A stretch of DNA of 64,000 nt. Origin: Candidatus Aminicenantes bacterium UBA6072 (GTDB lineage Bacteria; Acidobacteriota; Aminicenantia; UBA2199). Of this stretch, positions 19,537 to 26,110 are shown piece by piece (within the stretch, counting starts at the first letter, position 1; each line of letters begins with the position of its first letter). The notes beneath the pieces were generated by a model. The model was not told where the DNA came from. It saw only the letters and a program-made list of their open reading frames with translations, and searched no databases. The translations under genes and the position numbers were made by a program. The stretch lies in NCBI GenBank assembly GCA_002436105.1, contig DIXU01000003.1, positions 107,773 to 171,772 on the forward strand, read 5' to 3'.

Positions 19537-19955
19537 GGGAGCTTCTTTTCCATCACCACCTCGCTGCCGCCGGGCCGGTTGTGGAACTCGAAGCGGTCCA
19601 TGTAACTGCGGATGATCATGATGCCGCGCCCGTTGAAGGATAGCGGGTGGCAGTGGCTGATCTTGTCCTCCACTTCCTGCAGGTCGACCTGGCGGTTGTT
19701 CTCATCGCGAACGCTGATGCGCAGGAACGACCTGTCCCAGGTGAACTCCATATGCACCCGCTTGCTGGGGTCGCGGCCATTGCCGTGGACGATGGCGTTG
19801 TTGGCTGCCTCGCGCAGCGAGATCTCGATCTTGAAAAAAACCTCGTCGGCGATGCCCAGCAGCTTGCGGATGAAGCCGAGCACCAGGACGCTCAATTCGG
19901 TATACTTCAGGTCGCTGCGGAACGAGATCGCGATGCGCTGCTCTTTTTTTGCCAT
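19533..19955 (-). CDS. RsbW/SpoIIAB-type anti-sigma-factor serine kinase (GHKL)
   Basis: 141 aa from MAKKEQ. N-box EAANNAIVHG, G1 VRDEN, G2 NGRGIMIIRSYMD. The longer 230-aa track ORF would run through the divergent promoter. Confidence 0.75.
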   Translation of the reverse strand: MAKKEQRIAISFRSDLKYTELSVLVLGFIRKLLGIADEVFFKIEISLREAANNAIVHGNGRDPSKRVHMEFTWDRSFLRISVRDENNRQVDLQEVEDKISHCHPLSFNGRGIMIIRSYMDRFEFHNRPGGSEVVMEKKLP

Positions 19956-20011
19956 CCGTTCAAGTATAGCAGAACGGAGGGGATTTTGCCACGGAGGCGC
20001 CGCCGGAATGC

Positions 20012-20040
20012 TTGCAAATCGCACCGCGATCCCGTACAAT
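20012..20040 (+). promoter_or_regulatory. Sigma70-type promoter, leaderless geometry
   Basis: TTGCAA (20012-20017), N17, TACAAT (20035-20040), then 6 nt to ATG 20047. Confidence 0.55.
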
Positions 20041-20046
20041 CGCGGC

Positions 20047-21432
20047 ATGGAAAAGAGAGAAGTGGAAAACATCGGCGAGTTTTTTTCCAAGGAGAGCGGC
20101 ATCCTGACCCCGGAAAAAAAGTGGGAGGAGATCTTTTCGGGCTGGCTGGACAAGATCGACCAGGAAAAGATGATGCTCAACCTTTTCGAGCTGAAGCTGT
20201 GGTTCGAGAGCATCGAGGAATTCAACTCATCGCCCTACCTGGAGAACCTGGCATTCCAGCGCCACGCCCCCGGCGAGCGCAACTACGAGTTCTACGTCTT
20301 CGGGCTGCACCAGGCCTCGGCGCGCATCACCGCCCTGCTCAAGGAGCTGGACTTCAAGAAGGACAGCTATTTCCTCAACTTCGAGGAATACGTCGTGGAG
20401 AAGATGCTGGAACAGAACATGGACAAGTCCTTCCCCAGCCTGAAGGAACTCTACTCCCCCGAGTCATGGTTCTACAGCTTCCGCATCTTCCTGCAGAGCT
20501 TCCGCAACCTGCTCAGCGAGATCCTGCGCCTCGACCAGGTCTCGCAGCGTGCCTACCTGTCGATCAAGAAGCTGTACCACCGCGAGCTGCTCAACAACCC
20601 CATCCTGATATCCCTGCTCAAGAAGCAGTTCATCTCCAAGATGGACAAGATCTATCAGCCGGACATCTCATCCATCATCGCCTCCTGCCAGGACAAGATC
20701 CTGCGCAAGAACCTGGGCATCTTCTTTATCCTCTCCTTCCGTGTCCTGAAGATCAACAATTTCATCGAGCTCAACGTGGATAAGAGCAAGTACCTGGACC
20801 TGGTCATCCCTCTGGCCCTTTCCCTGAAGAAGAACATGGATGACCTCATCCACTTCAACGACACGGTCCTGTGGCCGTGCCTGCAATCCAACCCGGAGCT
20901 GAAGAAGAAGCTGGGGCCGATCGGGGACATATTCAAGAGCCTCAAGCTCGAGTACAAGAAGATCTGGGAAGGCGAACTGCCTTTCTATTTCGCCAGCGAC
21001 AGCAGCAAGCTCAAGAAGCGCCAGATGATCCAGAATATCGTGATCATCGCCGAGGTGGCCCTGCAGGAGCTCATCGAGACCCTAGCCCGGCTGTTCAAGC
21101 CCGGCATCCAGGGCAGCAGCATTTTCGAAAAATACGTCTCGCGCAAGCAGAAGTCGATCGAGGTCAAGAAGAAGCTGATCCGCCTGCACACCAAGATCAA
21201 CGATTATTTTGCCCACAGGGAAAGCATCGCTCCCTCCGAGATCTTCTTCGATATCAACCAGTTCATGGAGAGCGACCTGAACTATCTGCTCTACAAGGAT
21301 TGGAACGAATTCCTCGGCTACTACGACAACCTCAGCCGCACCAATTTTTCGGCCGAGTTCGAGCCCACGCTGAGATCGTTCCACAGCTTCCTGACCCGCG
21401 TCCTGAAGGAGATCGTCAGCGAGAAAAAATAG
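20047..21432 (+). CDS. Hypothetical all-helical protein (461 aa), K/F/L/N/S/E-rich
   Basis: Long ORF with strong G/C third-position bias like its neighbours. No motif recognised. The track ORF start (19612) overlaps the opposite-strand kinase gene, so ATG 20047 behind the promoter is used. Confidence 0.6.
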   Translation: MEKREVENIGEFFSKESGILTPEKKWEEIFSGWLDKIDQEKMMLNLFELKLWFESIEEFNSSPYLENLAFQRHAPGERNYEFYVFGLHQASARITALLKELDFKKDSYFLNFEEYVVEKMLEQNMDKSFPSLKELYSPESWFYSFRIFLQSFRNLLSEILRLDQVSQRAYLSIKKLYHRELLNNPILISLLKKQFISKMDKIYQPDISSIIASCQDKILRKNLGIFFILSFRVLKINNFIELNVDKSKYLDLVIPLALSLKKNMDDLIHFNDTVLWPCLQSNPELKKKLGPIGDIFKSLKLEYKKIWEGELPFYFASDSSKLKKRQMIQNIVIIAEVALQELIETLARLFKPGIQGSSIFEKYVSRKQKSIEVKKKLIRLHTKINDYFAHRESIAPSEIFFDINQFMESDLNYLLYKDWNEFLGYYDNLSRTNFSAEFEPTLRSFHSFLTRVLKEIVSEKK

Positions 21433-21543
21433 ACGTCAGACGTTAGACGTCAGTGGTCAGCAAGAAAAGGCTCAGGACATGGTTTTCTACTTCTGGCTAG
21501 CATCTAACGTCTAACGTCTAACATCTAACATCCAACGTCCGAT
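21430..21543. repeat. Inverted tandem-heptamer element C
   Basis: TAGACGTC AGACGTT AGACGTC AGTGGTC AGCAAGA (21430-21466), a short core AAAGGCTCAGGACATGGTTTTCTACTTCTGG, then TAGCATC TAACGTC TAACGTC TAACATC TAACATC CAACGTC (21497-21538). Same unit as element B. The left array begins in the TAG stop codon. Confidence 0.8.
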
Positions 21544-21580
21544 TTTGCCAAGACATCCTCCCTATGCTAAGATTCCCCTG

Positions 21581-24520
21581 ATGAAACGGGCATTCCCCTT
21601 TTCCCTCCTGCTGATCCTGGCCCTGGCGCTGCCGGCCGTACGCTACCCGTTCATCAACTACCGCAGCTCCGAGGGGCTGCCGCAGAGCAACATCACCGCC
21701 CTGCTGCAGGACCGCGAAGGGTTCATCTGGGTGGGCACCCAGGCCGGCCTGGGCAAATTCGACGGCAGCCGCTTTCAATCGCTCACCTCCCGCGAGGGAC
21801 TGGCCGGCAATTACATCACCGGCCTGGAGATGGACCGCGACGGCGTCATCTGGGTGGCGAGCCAGAACGGCCTGAACCGGATCCGCTCGGGGCGCGTGAG
21901 CTCCTGGCCTTTGCCCGACGGCTTCGTGCGCATCATCGCCTACAGCCCCGTCGACCTCACGCTCTGGGTCCTGACCGACCGCAGCCTCTTCACCGTCCGC
22001 GAAGGCCGGACCGGACGCTTCACCCGCTTCCCCGATCCGGGCCGCCTGGTGGGCATGGCCGCCGGCGCCACCGGCATGGTCTTCCATACCTCCGAGGCTG
22101 TCTTCCTGTGGAAAGGAGGCCAGCTGCAGCGGTTCCCCAGCCCCGAGCCGGTCAATTTCGTCAAGGAAGCGGAAGGGCATCTCTTCGTCGGCTGCCGGAA
22201 CGGCCTGTACGTGCTGAACGCCTTCGGGGAATTCAAGAGATACGCCGGCCTGCCCGAGGCGCTGGGCGATGTCACCGACATCCTGTTCGATGCCAGGAAA
22301 AACCTTTGGGTCGGCAGCCGCAGCGGCATTTTCTACAAGAACCTGCAAACGGGTGAAGCCACGGTACTCAACATGGCCAGCGGCCTGATCTACGACCGCG
22401 TATCCAGGTTGCTGCTCGACCGCGAGGGCAACGTCTTCATCGGCACCCGCCTGGGCCTTTCGCAGCTCTCCCGCCACCTGTTCCGCATGTACGGAACGGA
22501 AGATGGACTGCCGTCGACGCATGTCTGGGACATCCTGGAGGACGATGGCGCCGTCCTGCTGGGCTGCGAGGACGGAGTCGCCGAGCTGCGCGACGGCCGC
22601 ATCCGCCCTTTCGCCATCAACAGCCGGCTGAAGAGCCACTCGATCCGCGCCATCGTGCGCCTGAATGACGGGCGCTACCTGCTGGGCTGCGGCGACGGCG
22701 AGATATTCGCGTGGGATCGCCGCGAGCGGCTGCAGAGCCTAACCTCCGGGTTTGCCGTACTGTACGCCATCCGCGACAGCGGCGGCTCGGCCTGGTTCGC
22801 CACCAACCGCGGCCTGCTGCAGTATGACGGTTCCGAGTTCCGCTGGTTCCGCGACGGCCTGAACGATCCGATCGTCTGGGATGTCGCCGAGCTGGAGCCG
22901 GGCGTCCTGCTGGTCGGCACCCGTCGCGGCCTGCAGCAGTTCCGCAACGGGCGCTTCACCTCCAGCGCCTGGGAGAAACTCGTCGGCCGCTCCATCGTCA
23001 ACGACATCCGCGTCATCGCTCCCGACGAGGCGCTGGTGGCCACCGAGATGACGGGGTTGCTCTGGCTCAAGGGCGGCACGCTGAAGCGTCTCACCCGGGA
23101 GCAGGGACTGCTGCACAGCGACGTCTGGTCGGTGCTGCGCGACGAAAGCGGCCACCTTTGGCTGAACACCACCCGCGGACTGGAGCGCTGGGCCCCCGAC
23201 GGTTCCCTGGCCTATTTCAACAAGGAAACAGGCCTTTTCGGGGATGAAGGCTGCGTCCATTCCGCCCTGAAGACGACCCGCGGCAGCCTTTATTTCGGCA
23301 TCCCCCCCGGCCTGGTCGAATACCAGTTCCTGGAAAGCGAAAGGCCGGCGCTCCCGCCCGGGCTGATCATCGACGCTCCACAGGTCCAGGGCAGCGCCGC
23401 CGTTGATCCGCTGTCCGCCGCTCTGCGGCACGACCAGAACACCATTGAGTTCAGCTATGTCTGCCCGACCACCAGCCGCGAAAGCCCCGTCTCCTACCGT
23501 ACCCGCCTCTTTCCCTTCGACAGCGACTGGTCGCCGCCCACGCGCGAGACGTCGGTGCGCTACACCAACCTGCCGCCCGGCACCTACACCTTCTCGGTGC
23601 TGGCCAACAACGGCGGCGGCACGGCCGGCTGGTTCGGCGCCGACCATCGCGTCATCTTCTCCATCGCCAGGCCATTCTGGAAGCGCTGGTGGTTCCTGAC
23701 CCTGGAGCTGCTGCTCGGGCTGGGGCTGCTGGCGCTGGTGATCCACGCCCGCGTCCGCGTGCTGAACCGCCAGAAAAAGAAGCTGGAGGATGTCGTCCAG
23801 GCCCGAACCAACGAGATCGCCGAGAAGAACCGCGAGCTGGCCCGGCTCTCCATCACCGATCCGCTGACCGGCTTGAAGAACCGCCGCTTCCTCGACGAGA
23901 CCATCCGCGAGGACATGAGCATCATCCAGCGCGAGATGCACAACGTGCGCGAGGGCCTGAAGCCCTTTGACGACAAGGCCTCCACCCTGGGCGTATTCAT
24001 GATCGACGTCGACCATTTCAAGCGCGTCAACGATGTGCACGGCCACGAGGCGGGCGACGCCGTGATCGTCGAGATCGCCCGCCGGCTGCTGGCCATGATG
24101 CGCCAGTCCGACAGCGTGGCGCGCTGGGGCGGAGAGGAATTCCTGATCATCACCCGCCAGTCGCGCCGGGCGGACGCCTACCCGCTTGCCGAGCGCATCC
24201 GCCAGACCATCGAGCAGACCGCCTTCGCCGTGTCTCCCGGGCAAACCATCAGGAAGACGATCAGCATCGGCTTCTGCCACTATCCCTTCCTCTGCCAGGG
24301 GGAGGAGAAATTGAGCTGGCACCAGGTGGTGGCCATGGCCGATACCGCGCTCTACCTGGCCAAGCACAACGGCCGCAACCTGGTGATCGGCATCGAACCG
24401 GGCCCGACGCCTTTTCACGGCGACGGGCAGGAACTGCTCGTTGACCTGGCCGCCGCGGTGAACAGGGGCACCATCGTGCTTTCCTGCCGCAAAGCGGTCA
24501 AGATCCCGGCCCACCCATGA
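21581..24520 (+). CDS. Periplasmic two-component-regulator-propeller/Y_Y_Y sensor fused to a GGDEF diguanylate cyclase
   Basis: Signal peptide, many repeats of the xGLxxNxIxxxxxDxxGxxWxGT type, one TM (WWFLTLELLLGLGLLALVI), a coiled coil, then GGDEF (RWGGEEFLII). Start at MKRAFPF. Confidence 0.85.
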   Translation: MKRAFPFSLLLILALALPAVRYPFINYRSSEGLPQSNITALLQDREGFIWVGTQAGLGKFDGSRFQSLTSREGLAGNYITGLEMDRDGVIWVASQNGLNRIRSGRVSSWPLPDGFVRIIAYSPVDLTLWVLTDRSLFTVREGRTGRFTRFPDPGRLVGMAAGATGMVFHTSEAVFLWKGGQLQRFPSPEPVNFVKEAEGHLFVGCRNGLYVLNAFGEFKRYAGLPEALGDVTDILFDARKNLWVGSRSGIFYKNLQTGEATVLNMASGLIYDRVSRLLLDREGNVFIGTRLGLSQLSRHLFRMYGTEDGLPSTHVWDILEDDGAVLLGCEDGVAELRDGRIRPFAINSRLKSHSIRAIVRLNDGRYLLGCGDGEIFAWDRRERLQSLTSGFAVLYAIRDSGGSAWFATNRGLLQYDGSEFRWFRDGLNDPIVWDVAELEPGVLLVGTRRGLQQFRNGRFTSSAWEKLVGRSIVNDIRVIAPDEALVATEMTGLLWLKGGTLKRLTREQGLLHSDVWSVLRDESGHLWLNTTRGLERWAPDGSLAYFNKETGLFGDEGCVHSALKTTRGSLYFGIPPGLVEYQFLESERPALPPGLIIDAPQVQGSAAVDPLSAALRHDQNTIEFSYVCPTTSRESPVSYRTRLFPFDSDWSPPTRETSVRYTNLPPGTYTFSVLANNGGGTAGWFGADHRVIFSIARPFWKRWWFLTLELLLGLGLLALVIHARVRVLNRQKKKLEDVVQARTNEIAEKNRELARLSITDPLTGLKNRRFLDETIREDMSIIQREMHNVREGLKPFDDKASTLGVFMIDVDHFKRVNDVHGHEAGDAVIVEIARRLLAMMRQSDSVARWGGEEFLIITRQSRRADAYPLAERIRQTIEQTAFAVSPGQTIRKTISIGFCHYPFLCQGEEKLSWHQVVAMADTALYLAKHNGRNLVIGIEPGPTPFHGDGQELLVDLAAAVNRGTIVLSCRKAVKIPAHP

Positions 24521-24533
24521 AAAGGAGCGCCTC

Positions 24534-24914
24534 ATGTTCGGATCGATAGGCTTCCCGGAACTGCTCCTGGTTTTTATCGTCGTGCTGCTGGTATTCGGCC
24601 CCGGGAAACTGCCGGAGTTCGCCAAGCTGCTGGGCAAGTTCCTGCGCGAATTCCGCTCGACCGTCGACCAGGCCAAGTCGGCCATCCAGGATGAAATCTA
24701 CAAGGAGGGGATGGCCGATCACATGAAGGATATCAGCCGCGACGTCCGCGAGGCGCTGAACATCACCGGCGACCTTGGCCGCGAGGTGAAGGATGCCCTC
24801 GATGCCGGCGGGACGATCCGGCGCGAGCTCAAGGACGCCCTGGACATCTACGGCATTGCCGAGCCGAAGCCCGCGCCCGGGGCGGAGGAGAAGGATGACG
24901 AGAAAAAGGACTGA
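24534..24914 (+). CDS. tatA: Twin-arginine translocase TatA/TatB-family protein
   Basis: MFGSIGFPELLLVFIVVLLVFGPGKLPE hallmark, followed by an amphipathic, acidic tail. Confidence 0.85.
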   Translation: MFGSIGFPELLLVFIVVLLVFGPGKLPEFAKLLGKFLREFRSTVDQAKSAIQDEIYKEGMADHMKDISRDVREALNITGDLGREVKDALDAGGTIRRELKDALDIYGIAEPKPAPGAEEKDDEKKD

Positions 24915-24918
24915 CGAG

Positions 24919-25665
24919 ATGTCGTTTTTCGAGCACCTGGGCGAGTTGCGCAAGCGCATCGTCTGGTCGCTGGCCTTTGTTTTCCTGTTCTTCCTGGCCT
25001 CGTGGACCGTCGTCGGCAAGCTCTATCACTGGCTGTCGCTGCCGGTGCTGAAATTCCTCCCTCCCGGTCCCGGCGGCGAGTCCAAACTGGCCTTCACCTC
25101 GCTGGCCGAGCCCTTCATGATGTACATCAAGGTGGCCTTCATCTCCTCGCTGTTCGCCGCCTCCCCCTTCATATTCCACCAGCTCTGGCTCTTCATCTCG
25201 CCGGCCCTGTTCCCCAAGGAGAAGCGCTGGGTCGTCCCCTTCGTCTTCGCCACCACCTTCTTCTTCCTGCTGGGCGGCGCGTTCGGCTATTTCATCGTCT
25301 TTCCCCTGGCCTGCAAGTTCTTCCTGGACATCGGCAGCGACTTCACGGCCATCATCACCATCAACGACTATTTCGCCCTGGCTTTCCGCGTCCTGTTCGG
25401 CATCGCGGCCCTCTTCGAGCTTCCCGTCCTGGTCTTCCTGCTGGCCAAGCTGCGCATCGTTAGCGCCCGTTTCCTGCTGCGCTATTTCAAGTACGCCATC
25501 GTGGCCATATTCGTGCTCGCCGCCGTCGTCACTCCCACTCCCGACATGATCACCCAGACGCTGTTCGCGGTGCCCATGATCCTGCTGTACCTGCTGAGCA
25601 TCCTGATCGCCAGGATCGTGAACCCCGGAGAAAAGGAAGAAAAGGGAAGAGAAAGGGAAGAATAA
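24919..25665 (+). CDS. tatC: Twin-arginine translocase subunit TatC
   Basis: MSFFEHLGELRKRI start and six TM segments. An alternative start is 24895. The C-terminal tail EKEEKGREREE is encoded by the left arm of repeat D. Confidence 0.9.
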   Translation: MSFFEHLGELRKRIVWSLAFVFLFFLASWTVVGKLYHWLSLPVLKFLPPGPGGESKLAFTSLAEPFMMYIKVAFISSLFAASPFIFHQLWLFISPALFPKEKRWVVPFVFATTFFFLLGGAFGYFIVFPLACKFFLDIGSDFTAIITINDYFALAFRVLFGIAALFELPVLVFLLAKLRIVSARFLLRYFKYAIVAIFVLAAVVTPTPDMITQTLFAVPMILLYLLSILIARIVNPGEKEEKGREREE

Positions 25666-25760
25666 GGGAAGAGAAAGGGAAGAGAGAGTGGGAAAAACCA
25701 GCGAAGCTTCTTTCTCACTTTGTTTTCCCTCTGCCTTCCCTCTCTCTTCCCTCTCCCTTC
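25628..25760. repeat. Inverted tandem-repeat element D (11-nt purine unit)
   Basis: About four GGGAAGAGAAA units (25628-25697), core AAAAACCAGCGAAGCTTCTTTCTCAC, then TTTTCCC TCTGCCTTCCC TCTCTCTTCCC TCTCCCTTC (25723-25760). The left arm overlaps the last 38 nt of tatC. Confidence 0.65.
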
Positions 25761-25761
25761 A

Positions 25762-25791
25762 TTGACAGCCACCCCTTCTTAATGGTATATT
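25762..25791 (+). promoter_or_regulatory. Sigma70-type promoter for tRNA-Ala
   Basis: TTGACA (25762-25767), N18, TGgTATATT (extended -10, 25786-25791), about 20 nt before the tRNA. Confidence 0.55.
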
Positions 25792-25810
25792 GGCCTCCAG
25801 TCGACCGTCC

Positions 25811-25881
25811 GGGGCCATGGTTTAATGGGAGAACGCGACCTTCGCAAGGTTGAGATGGCGGTTCGATTCCGCCTGGCTCCA
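25811..25881 (+). tRNA. tRNA-Ala (anticodon CGC)
   Basis: Hand-folded cloverleaf. Acceptor GGGGCCA/TGGCTCC with the G3:U70 alanine identity pair. D arm GTTT-AATGGGA-GAAC. Anticodon arm CGACC-TTCGCAA-GGTTG. T arm GGCGG-TTCGATT-CCGCC. Discriminator A. CCA is not encoded. Confidence 0.85.
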
Positions 25882-25921
25882 TAGGAATCAATCTCAACGA
25901 TCTCACTGCTGGTAAGATGGG

Positions 25922-26051
25922 GTACCATGGATCACGTGCCGCTTCCCATGTTCAAAGCCAATTTTCTGCAAGCACCAGTGTTCTTCAACGTGGAACCTGG
26001 AACATGGAACGTGGAACCTGGAACGTGGAACCTGGAACGTGGAACCGGCAA
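25922..26051. repeat. Inverted tandem-heptamer element E (strong right array, decayed left array)
   Basis: Eight NTGGAAC-type units (CGTGGAA CCTGGAA CATGGAA ...) at 25989-26044 plus one degenerate unit. An upstream weak complementary array TACCATG GATCACG TGCCGCT TCCCATG TTCAAAG lies at 25922-25956. Core is CCAATTTTCTGCAAGCACCAGTGTTCTTCAA. Confidence 0.6.
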
Positions 26052-26110
26052 CAGAACTATTGCCTCTGTAGTTTCGTACTTACGCTTGCTAGATCAATAG
26101 GAGGTTACTA

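Noticed and set aside
19612-20046. N-terminal extensions of several track ORFs. Examples are 19612..21432, 19533..20225, 36257..36952, 31844..32806, 39231..40751, 24793..25665, 52610..53230, 55392..57239 and 57326..60394.
   Set aside because: The extensions overlap upstream genes or promoters and encode Arg/Pro/Ser-rich junk. They are followed by an internal Met that has an SD, an ATGA-type coupling, or a leaderless promoter, and that begins the recognisable domain or signal peptide.
25989-26051. The tandem repeat arrays as possible CRISPR arrays.
   Set aside because: The repeat unit is 7 nt (or 11 nt) and is directly tandem, with no unique spacers. No cas genes are present in the window.
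25882-26110. Integrated element or genomic island at the 3' side of tRNA-Ala.
   Set aside because: There is no integrase, no direct repeat of the tRNA 3' end, and the downstream genes are ordinary peptidases with native composition.
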